From assembly GCF_001194135.2 (NCBI RefSeq), contig NC_068992.1, positions 44,554,971-44,618,970 of the forward strand: 64,000 nucleotides of DNA, read 5' to 3'. The notes under the pieces were generated by a model, which had not been told where the DNA came from, did no database searches, and saw only the letters and a list, made by a program, of their open reading frames with translations. Numbering within the stretch: the first letter of the stretch is position 1; each line of letters begins with the position of its first letter. The translations under genes and the position numbers were made by a program. Shown here piece by piece: positions 12,946 to 26,075 of the stretch. This stretch comes from Octopus bimaculoides. Taxonomy: Eukaryota.

Positions 12946-13847
12946 AACACGGCTGTCTTTCAGTATTTATATTTTTATCGATGCCTGCACATACCGAGTT
13001 CAATTCCTTCTACAGTCGACTGTGCCTTCATTTCTTTGGTTTGCGCAAAATAAGGACAAGTCATATGTAAGATAAATCTAATGGAATATTCTCTCTTTTT
13101 TTTCACCAGGAAAGTGTTAATACTAAAAGAAGAACAGAAATCACTCTACTTGTCTCACAGTAACAAGAGAAAAGTGCGATGACTGGATAAATTTCATTTC
13201 TGTGTTAAAACCAGAAATCCTGTTACAGAATAATTTACATGAAGCATTCTCAAAATACTGAAGAAAAGAAAAGAAAAATAAATATGCAAAATAGTGGTTC
13301 AGTCCTAACAGTGGTGTGTTTTATGATGTAAACTGTCATCAGGTATTATGTATGATGGACCACTCCACTTTAGTTCGTAGATTGCATCAGTCTGAAGAAT
13401 TTATTTGAAATCAGTGAGATTTAGAGCTACATGACATGTTTACTGCTGCTGTTCAATGACTGTTCTAACGTGAATAATTTTATCACCGTTTCCAATAGTA
13501 AAAAGAAATCGTATTGAAGTTTTCATATTTATTCCTGAAACAAGATATTTAAATTCTAAACTGTTTTGTCTACTGTACGACTACATAACGTGATGGATCA
13601 TCTTATATTATTTCTGACAGCTCTGCAGATATATGGGGAATATGGAGTTTGAATGCAGCGAGAGACTTTGCAGGAACAGAAGTGGCTCTAGAAAGAGCTC
13701 AATGGCAGCTGATAACATGAGACAGGTATTAATTGATTTAGAAACAAGACTACAGAAATGTTCATATTGAAATATTTTACATATAATGTAATCAGAACAA
13801 ACGAATGAAGAAATAATAATAATGACGATGTTAATAATAATAATAAT

Positions 13848-14140
13848 CCTTTTTACAAGGCGTGAAATTTGGGGGAGGCGGATGGTCAATCACATCGTCT
13901 GCGAAAGGATGAAAGGCAAAGTCGACCTCGGCAGAATTTGAACTCAGAATGTAGAGTAATGACAATAATAATGATTTCAAATTTAAGCACAAGGTCATTA
14001 ATTTCGGGGGATGGGGTAAGTCGATTACATCGACCCCAGTACTCAACTGGTACTTACTTTATCGACCCCGAAGCAACAAAAGGCAAAGCCGACCTCAGAT
14101 GAATTTGAACTCAGAACGTAAAGACAGACAAAATGCTGCT
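13848..14140 (-). mobile_element. two tandem SINE family A copies
   Basis: Two instances of aaaggcaaag(t/c)cgacctc...gaatttgaactcagaa separated by an AAT-rich spacer. Confidence 0.85.
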
Positions 14141-14164
14141 ATTTTTCCGTTTTTTTTTAAAATT

Positions 14165-14391
14165 AATTTTTGATGAGTCAGTTGGGTTCAGTTTTAGTAT
14201 TCTTGCTTGTGAGAGTAGTCGAGTTTATTTCAGATATTCTCATCCCGCATCACCAGTTCTGCTTACCGAAAGTGGCCCATTTGGCACCGTGCATTCGTCG
14301 CGTCGCATTGACTGCGATATTTGTCATTCTCTGGCTAATCGTTGAGAGGGCGTTGGTGCTACCTTGGTGGAAGTTTGCGCTCTCTGAGTGC
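14165..14391 (+). mobile_element. 3' part of a non-autonomous Helentron/Helitron-like element
   Basis: Ends in ccttggtggaagttt followed by the hairpin GCGCTC-tct-GAGTGC (14377-14391), the subterminal motif plus terminal hairpin seen in Helentron-associated elements; 5' end not found. Confidence 0.5.
14240..14296 (-). rRNA. 57-bp 28S rRNA-derived fragment (not a functional gene)
   Basis: Reverse complement gaatgcacggtgccaaatgggccactttcggtaagcagaactggtgatgcgggatga closely matches the conserved LSU core gaatgcgagtgcc(t/c)agtgggccacttttggtaagcagaactggcgctgcgggatga. Confidence 0.85.
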
Positions 14392-14413
14392 TCTTCTTCT
14401 TCTTCTTCTTCTT

Positions 14414-14444
<31 letters not shown>

Positions 14445-14460
14445 TTGTTATTATTATTAC
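14392..14460. repeat. (CTT)n then (TTA)n
   Basis: Direct tandem repeat. Confidence 0.95.
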
Positions 14461-14499
14461 TGAGGGAGAGAGCAGCACATACCTTTAAAATGTCACTGG

Positions 14500-14920
14500 G
14501 GACAAATATACGAAGCCCAATATACCCATCATGACTAGCCCTCTTATAAAGGTACCCCAGGAACATGCATCACGATCATATGCGCACGACATGATGATTT
14601 CATATCAAGATAAACTACACATGACCTTGCAGGTGGGGTTCCTGAATAAGGCTTGTTTAAAAATGTTGAACGAAATACCCATGTCTTCAGAGGTGAATTA
14701 CTCAGACGCCAAATTTTTCCTCCAATTACATGGTTATGATGCTCCCTCACTACTCCTGCTCGTGTTCAGAGATGCTCATGTTGTCAGCCACCAAGAGACA
14801 TGCAAGTGTCTAGCAAATCTGTGATACTCAGCAGAACATTTGCAGTAGCCCATCTTTTGTACCAAGACAAAACAGGTGCATGATAACACTTCCAGTCAGT
14901 TAAGATCAGAAGCCATGAGA
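14500..14920. mobile_element. interspersed repeat, probably LINE-derived non-coding segment
   Basis: Higher-GC block (gataaactacacatgaccttgcaggtgggg...cagttaagatcagaagccatgaga) that I recognise as an abundant octopus repeat; single copy here, class uncertain. Confidence 0.45.
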
Positions 14921-15371
14921 TTCCTTGTAACTTACAAGAAGTTTTGCTTCTTTAACGAATCTATGTACAACTAGACGGATCTGACCACTAATTGCAATAG
15001 TCTTTACTCGTACACATCCTCATAATTTATTTTATATTCGACGCTAATCTTTAGAATGCCTTGAATATATTTTATGTTATGAGATTGATTAGCAACGTGA
15101 AGTAGCCATACCGACATTTCTGCCAAAACAACACCGTTAGTTTTCTAAATTGGACGATTCTGTTGCATACTCTGGCAAAACATTAACATTAGAGCTTAAA
15201 CTTATGAATGATTTATATATTGTCTGTGAGATTGCCACTAGCTATGTGAAATGTGATTTGAATTCGTGTTTGTGTTAACTTTAAGATATAATTCTTTCGG
15301 CTTTATAGAAGTGTTCAATATTTCTGCTGTATAGAAGGGACATAGAAAACGGCTTGTTTTCGCCTTATTGT

Positions 15372-15487
15372 TCACTATGCGTGGGGACGTAAACACACAA
15401 ACACCAGTTTTCAAGCGATCATAGGGACAAACACAGGCACAAAGACACATACACACATGTATGTGTGTATCTATATCTATCTATCTG

Positions 15488-15560
<73 letters not shown>

Positions 15561-15741
15561 ATATATATATATATATATACACACACGATGGGCGTCTTTA
15601 GGTTTCCGTCTACCAAATCCATTCACAAGGCTTTGATAGGCCCGAAGATATACTAAAAAACACATGCCCAAGGTGCCATGCAGCGGGACTGAATCTGGCT
15701 CCATGTGGTTGGGAAGCAAGGTTATTAACACACAGCCACGC
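15372..15741 (-). mobile_element. composite SINE family B/C with internal (TATC)n/(TA)n microsatellite
   Basis: B head (15584-15741) and C-type segment (ggggacgtaaacacac...caagcga...gggacaaacaca, 15372-15450) are collinear across the microsatellite. Confidence 0.75.
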
Positions 15742-15764
15742 CAGTGTGCGTTATACATACATAC

Positions 15765-15880
<116 letters not shown>

Positions 15881-18800
15881 CTTCCTCATCACCATCATTT
15901 TGTGAGCCATGTGACACTCTAGACGCTCTGGGAATCAGCAATCATCACCGATTTCTTTCCTCCATCTACCTGTACAAACATTCCAGTGTTCGTAAATATA
16001 GACACGCACGCTAAGACGTATTTACAGACACGCACACACAAACACGTGTGTGTTTATGTGTGCGTGTGTGTGTGTGTATATGCACACGCCTGTGTGTGTA
16101 CGCGTGTGTTTGTGTTCCTGTCCATGTGTGTCCATGTGTATATTTCTATTTTTTTATTCCCGCTTATTGATCCGTGAGAGATAAAATTGAAGGAAAATAA
16201 GTTTATAAGTTATTTGAACCAAGAACATAAATGGCTGTAAATACTATGAACCATTTTGTCCGGTGTGCTCTAGTTTCCTGTGTTTTAGAACAGCAGAACT
16301 ATTAGTGTCGGGAGGTAAGTGAAGAGTGGGAGATTAATATTAGCAATCCATATTCTTCGACGCTTAATGGTTCCCAGTATCTAAGATGAACAGAATTACC
16401 AGTGTCAAGAAACATGGTGCCAAAATTAATTCATTTAGTTCGGTGCTTTATACTACCCAGTGTATCAGAATATCAGGAAGTATTGTGGTAAAACCAGAAA
16501 TCCATTAGCTTCTTGAAATATCATTGAAAACCTTTTTATTTAAATACATTTTCCATTTATCAACAATGGACTTAGCTCAAATATTTGTTTGTTCTTAAAA
16601 AGGGAAATAAAAATATATTATAGAGTGATATTGATACATATAATTGGTAATAACTAATTCCATTAACTGTCGTAATCAGAAGAAAAAAACAAAAACAACC
16701 ATTCAGTTTAAATAACACATGATGGTTCTATATTCGCCAATTAAAATGTTATAAACCAACAGACATATTCTTACCAGTAAATATAAAGAATAGCCATTGA
16801 AGGCAACAGATTTTTTTTTGCAGCTACGAATTGTTTGTAGAGTGCTATCATTTCACGCTTCCAATCATATTTTCTTCAACTCGATTGAACCATTTTAGTA
16901 AAGGTGTCCAGTTAGTCTTATCTATTACTCCAGATGAATGCAATCAAATTCTGTTTCAAATCAATTCTACTAGAAATATGTTGGACAAAAGCGCAGATTC
17001 ATTTGTACGTAACGATAATGTTGATCATATTTCAAAGTTGGAACTGTCCACACAAAACAGATTTTAGCATTGTTATAAATTCTATAGAATGATGGAGAAT
17101 CAGGAAGGTCTACTTTAAAAATCCTAAATTCAAACACATTTCTGTGCTTGATGTGTAAAGAACAATAAAAACAACCTATTTGCATTCACAGAATTGTTTT
17201 TCTTCTGAATAATAATAGATAAATGTTTGTCTTTTCTATTTCTCCTCTCTTGTATCATATTAATTCTGACTTTTACATCCAACTGTAAAATATCCACAGA
17301 GAGCTGTTGCAATGAGACACTAGATGAATTGTAGCATTATCATTTCTTTTTTAGTAATCTTAGAAGATTCCAGAAGAAAAAAAGACGCAATCAGCCATTT
17401 ATAAATACACATATAAAGTAAAGAGGGAGATAGATAGATAGATAGATAGAGAGAGGGTGGGAGAGATTTAATATGTTTTCTTTATTAACCACTAAGGGTT
17501 AGGGAAATATTTAATATTCAAGTGCATATTAGAAGTTTAGAAGGTTTGTAGTTGTGAAGACTAACACATTCTAGATCTAATTTAAATGTTTAAGTATCAA
17601 CAAGGGATTCTTGGTTTTGTATTTGTCTGTCGATAATTCTATATTCTGAAGAATCTCTTTTCCTTTGCTGCGATATTTCGCTTCACTTCGGAACAGTTTT
17701 TACATAAAGACCAAAACAAAATTATTCAGAAAGTCATTAGAATAACTCAAGGATAAATTATTAGTGATAAATATTAATGCTTTAAATGAAATGGCTTAGA
17801 CACAGCTGAATAGATTATTTTCGCTTACAGAACTCAAAGCATTGTTTTCGACCCGTTTACTTTCAAGGTGAAATTTAAGTAATTTTTTTTGTTAGTTTCT
17901 TTTAGACCGTTTGTTAAAATTTAGATAAATATAATTTCCATAAAATAATGAAGTCACAACAAAATAATTATTCTGAATTGCTTGGAGTTCGACCACACAA
18001 TAAACTAAGAAATTAATTTTGAATGATTATTTTCTTAAAACTCGTACATTATCCTGGGTTTGCGAAAGTAAAAAAAAACATTTGGACGGCATTGTTAGCA
18101 GCTCAGTTGTTTTTGCTTGTAATTTTCCACAGTGGGATAAATACAGGACGTGGTTTCGATTATCCTTATTTCTTTTCCATAATGCCAAACAGAAAGCTAT
18201 ATTCGCAAGTTAAATTCATTACATGAATTGGCCTCTTGCTTAATAATTTTTTCATATTAGTAATTTTACTCATTCCCTTGAACTTGGTAGTTTAATGTTT
18301 ATTTTAATTTCATTGGTTGGTGTTGTAACAAAAACGGTCGGAAGATAAAGTGAACGTTTTTAGTTGCTGAATCAGAAGGTTGTTGGATTAAAAGTACTTA
18401 GTAGCAGAAACAATAGGAAGCTGGAGTAAAAATGTTCAGTATCAAAATCAGTAGATTGACGGACTAAAAGCATTGAAGCAATTAACTATATCCATTTTTC
18501 AGTTAAATTTACCAGTTTCCTCTCTCAAAGAAGATTTCTTGCATTTGTTTAAGATTTCAAAAACTAGAGTTAACACTTTACTTTTAGACTTCTGTTACAG
18601 AAGGTTCAGCTAATTTATTACTTGAAATGTAAAATATTAAAATATATTGGACATCTTTACTAAAGTTATCCATCCATTTTACACCATTTCAAAAGGTTCT
18701 TTTGAAAGTGGAGGAATGATGAAATTAAAAGTTAGTATTTTGGTATTTTGGTATTGATTACAACAGTTTATCATTGCATCAATATACGAATAGTCAACCT

Positions 18801-19637
18801 ACTGTAGGAGAAATATGTATTTCCTTATATACCTAAACTGAAGCGCTGTGTGAGAATAATCGAAAAACAATTCTAGAACTTTGTAATGTTAATCGTTATT
18901 ATCGTTTAACTTCAATGTTCCAACATTTCCATCATCATCATCATAAAATGACTTCAGTTCTAGCCGAATGGGGTAAACGAAACGTATATGACCCACACTG
19001 AAAGAAGATTGACATTCGAGTTGAAGATGTGACTATTATTGACAGGTCAAGTATGATGAATGTATTTCCATGTAATCACCACATTAAACGATTTCTAAAG
19101 ACTTTTACTGTCTGTCATCACCATCGTAATTGAGAACACATTTGTATTTCTCTTGCTGAAGAAGGAACAGCTAAAATATGTCAGAATTGATATGTGAACT
19201 TATAGACGGAAGGTTGATTAAAAGTGACAGAAGCTTGCTCTAAATAAATTGTTGCGTTTAGTTACTTGTATTTATATTCTAAGTTCAAATCTCTGCAGAG
19301 ATGGAAAATCTCGGCTTTGGGTTGATCCAAAAGAAACAATTCATCTACTCAATCAGTCATTGAGTGCTGAGATAAACGATTCAATGTTGTTTGAGCGTAA
19401 GTTAAAAGAACAGCGCCAGACATCCGGAAAAGACTGATTTTCGATAAAGACTACATTTGAAAGATTATGCTTCAGGAGGCATAGAGCCATTCACAACTCG
19501 TCTGACTCTGAAAAATAATCGCAGGTACTAGAACCATAAGCCACCTGGAGCTGTGAGATAATTTAATGAGACCTAGTTTACGGTATCTGCTCTCTTTTTG
19601 GTTGGGTTGCCCTTATATTCATATGTGTATATCAAAT

Positions 19638-19679
19638 AGGCGCAAGAGTGGCTGTGTGGTAAGTAGCTTGCTTACCCAA
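19638..19679 (+). mobile_element. SINE family B 5' fragment
   Basis: aggcgcaagagtggctgtgtggtaagtagcttgcttaccc matches the head of 12006 and 15741. Confidence 0.75.
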
Positions 19680-19968
19680 GTTGCTGACCTCCGTTTAGGA
19701 TACTTTCTGTTTGTGTCTTCAGCTTGTGGAGTACCTGTTTAAACTGTTTAAATTGTCTCTTGTATTCGGATTATTACTTGTGAATTTTTTGTGACGCCTT
19801 CCAGAGCGGCAAGGTAAGAAACATTCTTTGAAAATTTTTGGTGGAAAAAAACATTTAAGCATCATTGTAATGGTCTGATACTGAATCGAATTTCCTGTTC
19901 AATGTACGAAATAAATGTATTCAATATCAGTTCAGCGTAAAAATATTACAAATTTGATCCTTGGTTAA

Positions 19969-20017
<49 letters not shown>

Positions 20018-20767
20018 ACTATTAAAAAGAACCAAATAAAAGACAAAAGATTTAAGGTTTTTCAAATATGTGTTTTGATGTTTGAATATCATTTGGAATT
20101 GCAGAGCATGATTTGAATGACAATATTATCCAAGAACCTTCTTGTTTCGAAGCAATCCACTACTGCACACGAATTAAAGTATCTGATTTCAAGTGGCATC
20201 ACTCTATACTTGATGTTGTTAAGAAGCATATTAAATTTTTTAGAATATTCTTTTCAGACAATCGACAATTCCAACTGCAACTGTTCAGTTCAATGGCGTA
20301 AGAGCATTAAAAACTGAAACTTAGCAAACATTAAATAAGGCCATAAAGAGTCCAAAATTAAATATTTCATTTTCCTTTACAATTTTTATTTTTAAATAAT
20401 TAATAAGATAAGTTGGAAATAAAAAGGATATGCTTGGAATTAACTCAGTTTGAAATTAAAAATTGTTGATTTTCAAAAAAGCAAAAAAACAAAACAAAAC
20501 AAAAAAAACAACAACAAAAAATTTAAAAAAAAGAAAAAAAAGAAAACAAAACAAATTCGGTTGCGAATAAAATTCCATAGCGGCTTCCCTTTTTAATATC
20601 AAATGATTAAAATAGTTGAAAGGTAATTTTGAAACTAGAGGTGAATAAAGATCTTAAAAAAGTATAGAGTTGATCATAGTATCTATAGTGTACAATATAA
20701 TCTTGGTATTTATATTATATTCTACAAAATAATCAGGGTATTCATATTACTCAAACCCTGTAGTGTC

Positions 20768-21003
20768 TACGTGGCATTCCATCGCTTACGACGACGAGGG
20801 TTCCAGTTGATCCGATCAACGGAACAACCTGCTCGTGGAATTAACGTGTAAGTAGCTGAGCACTCCACAGACACGTGTACCCTTAACGTAGTTCTCGGGG
20901 AGATTCAGCGTGACACAGAGTATGACAAGGCTGGCACTTTGAAATACAGGGACAACAGAAACAGGAAGAAAGAGTGAGAAAAAGTTGTGAAAGAGTACAG
21001 CAG
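20768..21003 (-). mobile_element. SINE family D, 3' two-thirds
   Basis: GC-rich block ggcattccatcgcttacgacgacgagggttccagttgatccgatcaacgg...gaaagagtacagcag, recognised as an abundant octopus SINE body; no head here. Confidence 0.65.
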
Positions 21004-21946
21004 TATATGCGTTTCACTTATAAGATATTCAACGAGTGAAACTTAGCAATTGTATATGGCACAATTGATAAACCTTCGTGTAACACGAAGAAATTATCTC
21101 TAGCTGATGCCATCAACTTGACACTGAAATAAGCATCAGAATGTGTAAAATTTGGTTAATGGTTTACTGAGAAAAGTATTGGTAGTACTGCCTTGTTTTA
21201 CAAACTCTACGAGATTGGTGAGGACTTTGATCAGTATGCATGTTACAGAGTGAACTTTCCGCTGTGATAATCAAGATGATATGAAGACATATTGTGTTCT
21301 TAAGTAACCCGAAAAATAATTGGGAATATTCTTACAAATCTGTTTCGAATTGTCTCTTCTCAGAGAAGTGAAATAAACTTTAAAGAGTACCTCGATATAT
21401 TCTATCTTTGGTGCTGCCCACTGGTTTTACTTTTACTGGTCTAGGTGGAGGTGATGTTGGTGATGTTCATAATGTTGCTGATGTTGTTTCGCCCTTATGT
21501 CAACAAGGACTGAGTAACACTATGAGAAAAGGCAATTTAACTGGCACCGTGTATCTAGGAATATATACACTTTCTTCCTTAGGTTGGTAGGAAGGTTAGT
21601 CAAGAGTAGTGAACCTACCAAGTACGGACACAAACAATGCTGACAACATTGATATTTTCTAATACATATATCTGCTGAACTCAGATTTTGGTTAATGTGC
21701 TTGGGAATCGGGTAGTATTTGTCTTCATTAGCGAAATAATAAATCTCAGCAGTCGTAGCCAAGACGACCACTATCTCTTGTGGTAAACAGAGGCAGTATG
21801 GGTAATATACCAGATTTCTCTTTATGATGGGGCTTTTAAAACCTTAGATCGGCCTAAAAGACGTCAGTTAGACGAGACGAAATCTGAACTCAGGAGGCAA
21901 AAGAACTCATCTGACCTTCTAACAGTTATGATACTTAATTTTTAGA

Positions 21947-22010
21947 CTCGAAAGAATGAAAGGCAAACTTGACCTCGGCGTGATTTGAACTCAGAACGCC
22001 GGAACAAATA
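21947..22010 (-). mobile_element. SINE family A fragment
   Basis: cgaaagaatgaaaggcaaacttgacctcggcgtgatttgaactcagaacg. Confidence 0.8.
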
Positions 22011-24934
22011 TCTCAAGTCATTCAACGTTATAGTGAGAATATCAAATGAAGATTATTCGAAAAGTTTGAAAATTTTGAAAAAAAAAAAAAAAAAAAGATA
22101 AAAATTTTATGATAAAAATAATTTCAGCAATCTCATTTTCATAGAATTGTTTCTCCTTTATTGCAAATCTTATTTTGTCCCTCATTGCAAACTCTCGACA
22201 AATCGATTTTCGAGTTGGGAAAATATTACTTGGAATTGATGTCGAAAGATGAACATTTTTTTAAACGTTACATGGTGATTAAGATTGGGGTATGATTGAT
22301 TGGTGAAAGTCAAACTCATTTAGATGTCAAATATCTTTAAGACGAATGATTACGAGAAAATGTAACCAATGGTGCTGCGTTAGAATTGGGCAGAATATTT
22401 TTATAAAAATTTAACTGATGATATTGATGCCTGCCGAAGTAGTAATAAACATTTCGTTTAAAAACTACATGACGGTTATTTGAAAAATCAGTAACCTTTA
22501 CCACTATTTGATATGGCCTCATAAAAAGGTAGTTAGAAATATATTAATACGAAATGTAGTAATGGTGTATGGGATTTTGATTAATCACGACTGGCAAATT
22601 GATCCGCAATATTATAAAGTGTAGAGTTTTCTCTTTTATAACCATTTTTATACATTTGAAGATATATATTTTTTCTAGCATGAAAAAAGATTTCTAATGA
22701 TACTGATTATTGAAAAATATTACTGTGTACCTGCGGTTGGCTAATTTCTTGTTTACTACCCCATATTCTGAAATAAATGAAATATTTTTTTTACTAGTTA
22801 TTGAGGAGCTAATAGCCAATCCATTACGTTATTTGGAAATAAAAATATAGTGAGCTGTGGCTGCGAATAGTTAAAAGGAAGTATAACTGACACTATACGA
22901 AACATCGATTCTCTAATCAACGAGGCCATATGTCATTTTATCATATAAAGAATGCACTGAATCACATCATACAGCATGAATCATAGCAGATGATTGTATT
23001 AAAAGTGTATGTGTCTATGTGTATGTATGTGAAGGTCTGTGAAATACATAAAATAAATTCAAAGTATTTTATTAACAAACATAGTTTTGTACTGATTCTG
23101 CAGAGATGAATAGAAATGCCAAAAGATTTGAATGGTTTCTTTAATTCGATCTGCTCGTCATATGTATCTGTTAGAAACTTATGTTTAATTTTTCTCTAAA
23201 TTAGAATTATTTTCAGAAAACTTGTTTAATTACGTTATGAAATAGAATTAGGTTGGTGGAGACAGCAAGAATATACGAACACAATTTTTTACGCAAAATA
23301 TTTCTAAATATTTCTATTCAGGTTATCAATAGAGATTCAAAATGAGTTACCGAGTATGCAACAAGAATTACCATTGTTATTTTGGTAAAGCAAGAAAAAT
23401 CTTACTCTAAATATCAGTTGTATTCAATGGAAAATTTAGTATGAGCAATTAGTGTTTGATAAACGCTAATTTATTTTAACCAGACACTAAATAATGATTC
23501 AGTAAGAAGAGGGTAGAGTTATGGTAGCTGAATTAAATCTATTATAGTACTGTAATTTATTTTAATGATTCCAGAAGAATCTAAAGCCAACTTTACTCTG
23601 AGAAAATTTAAGTTTAGACACAGAATAAGTATAGTGATTTTTTTGTGTAGAGAAATTCGCAGATTCTGTGTTATGTTTTAAAATATTGGAGGGCTGATGG
23701 AAGGAGACAATCATATTTGTTTGTTATTCATTCTTATAGAATTATATTTTAGCATTCAAATTTATCGAAACGAATATAGAAATAAAGCATTTTTAAAAAA
23801 GGTCGACAATTTGCCGTGTTCTTTAAAGATTCACGAGTTTGAGCAAGACCAATCGTACTAAATCTGTTTTTTATGTTTTAGTTTACGATACAGTACTGAG
23901 GGTGGTACTCTATAGAGGAAATGTTTTGGTCTAAAATATTCATACCTTGTCTCTGATGACGGAATATCCAGTGCACGGACATGCTAACCAACCAATTGAG
24001 TTATCCCAGAAACAACTGTAAGGCTTCAAATTCACCTTACCCTAATTAAATTATTCTAAATGATTTGAGATACTCGTTTTGCCTTGTTTTTGATTTTTTT
24101 CTCTAATATAGTATAATATAATATATAATATAATGTAATATAATATAATATATAATGTAATGTTATATAATGTAATATAATATATATATATACACACACA
24201 CACTTTCACATCTTTAATCCAAAATACTAAGATAAACGACTTTTGAATTTTTCCACATTTTTCTATATTTTTCAACAATTATTTTCTTTTTGTCTCTCTG
24301 TCTCTTCATTTATCTATTTATCACTCTACACATGTATCTAGGTATCTACACCCAGATATCTGTTAACCTCTCCATATACACCCCAGACACATACACACAC
24401 ACACGCACACACATATGTGTATACATACAGATACATACACCTACATATACACACATGCACACAGATATATACATAAATAAATAAATATATAAAACAGAAT
24501 CAAGCACCATGACTAGATTATGAGCGATAACAAGTGAGCAAATTCAATGAAGTAAAACGATTTTATTAAGAACGATCCCGGGTATAACAATATATAAAGC
24601 AATTATTATAGTTGTGTCAATGAAATCATATAACACAGTTTATCATAGCTTGAAATGTTTTATGAAACAATGTTAAACAATGTTCCGTTCGTTCTTAACA
24701 AGACAAATGTATTCAGAACTGGAAGAAAATAATTGAATTACGATAGATCAATATAATATTGTTTATTAAGGTAGCTAGAAAGAATATACATGAAATCAAA
24801 TACACTGGATGTAGCTAAGAAAACTGTTAGAAAGAATCGATTATGCTTTTTTAACGAAATTACAACTTCATAATTTCTTAAAGTAGCAGAAAGACTAATG
24901 AGAATGTGTTGCGTTAATGCAGCACCGTCATGGC

Positions 24935-24958
24935 TGTCATCATCATCATCATCATCAT

Positions 24959-24995
<37 letters not shown>
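24935..24995. repeat. (CAT)n microsatellite
   Basis: Direct tandem repeat. Confidence 0.95.
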
Positions 24996-24999
24996 GTAG

Positions 25000-25545
25000 A
25001 TGAAGAAGAATTAAAATTTGCTAGAATAATTGTTAAAAGAGATGGAAGAAGGGTAGCTCTAAATACTTCATCGGACGTGATAGAAAATATCGCAAGATGT
25101 ACGGTCGCATACCATTGCATTGGAATTAAATCTCGCGTGGGTGGAAAATGCTCCCGAGAGCAAAGTACAAAAATGTCTTGGGCGCGTGTGGGAACAAAAG
25201 ACCCACATCACCCGAGGAAAGAAGTTTGGATCCATTGAGTTGAGATTTGGGACGGAATAAGAAGCTAGATGCAATTCCGCAATCACTTTGAAGGATGACA
25301 CTTTTTCTTAATCCTCAGCTATCGCGGCCAACGTCTTTCCAGGGTTATGGTGCTGAATGTGCCGCCAGAAATAATATCAATTACCTGGTTAGTGGCGCCG
25401 TCTTGGCAGGTTTGGAAGGTACAATACTGGAGGTCAAGAAACTGCCTAAGCACAACTGGTTAGGTATAGGTATGGAACGAACCTTGCAAGCAAGCAGGAC
25501 CGTATAGACGAGCTGCCCGATCTAATCGATTAAACCTAATAGGTA
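25000..25545 (+). mobile_element. decayed ORF1 of a Tx1/L1-clade LINE
   Basis: Frameshifted translation ...RGKKFGSIELRFGTE / SRVMVLNVPPEI / AVLAGLEGTILEVKKLPKHNWLG / IDELPDLID; resembles Tx1-type ORF1 (VPPEI motif); GC higher than flanks. Confidence 0.55.
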
Positions 25546-25811
25546 TTGATATTGTCGTTTCGCTGCTGTTCAGTTCTCATCAACATCTATGAAAAGAGGT
25601 ATTCTATCAGTGAATATTCAGCTTTATTTTCATTATTATTATTAAATTCGTTAAAGATTCGCCACCAATGATAATCATATCCCGTGTGGTTTTGAGTGGG
25701 AATAGGACGGATAAAAAGTTTCCCATCGGTTTTTAACGGGGTCCTTTATCTCTGAAATCTATTGGACTTCCTTAGTCTGTTCTTGAAAGTGATATAATAA
25801 TTTAGCCCCTT

Positions 25812-26075
25812 TCTAGACTAACTCTCAACAAAACTCAGGAGGGACCCGCAACCAAGTACTGTTCCAGTATTTGGGATAGTGCTGCTACACATGCACAGGC
25901 ATACATTGTAGATCGCATTCAGAGAAGTCTTACTTGATTAATTGATATAAAGCCGTTCATCAACGCACTTCAATCTCTCACTCACAAACATGATGTGTCT
26001 TCTCTGTCGTCTCTGCAACAACAATGATGTCTTCTGCTTCTTGGAACTAATTGATCTCGTGTTACCTTACCAGGA
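25812..26075 (+). mobile_element. decayed CR1/Jockey-group LINE, C-terminal RT region
   Basis: LTLNKTQEGPATKYCSSIWDSAA...DRIQRSLT*LI...LQSLTHKHDVSSL then frameshift FCFLELIDLVLP, fitting LYKAQxRPxxEYCSxxW...LDRxQ...LQSLxHRRxVxSL. Confidence 0.75.

Noticed and set aside
16830-17345. Minus-strand signal-peptide-like start and one LRR-like motif (IDLKQNLIAFI)
   Set aside because: The frame has many stops and only a single motif; not distinguishable from chance.
21390-21520. Minus-strand AG...GT exon-like block
   Set aside because: All three frames contain stops.
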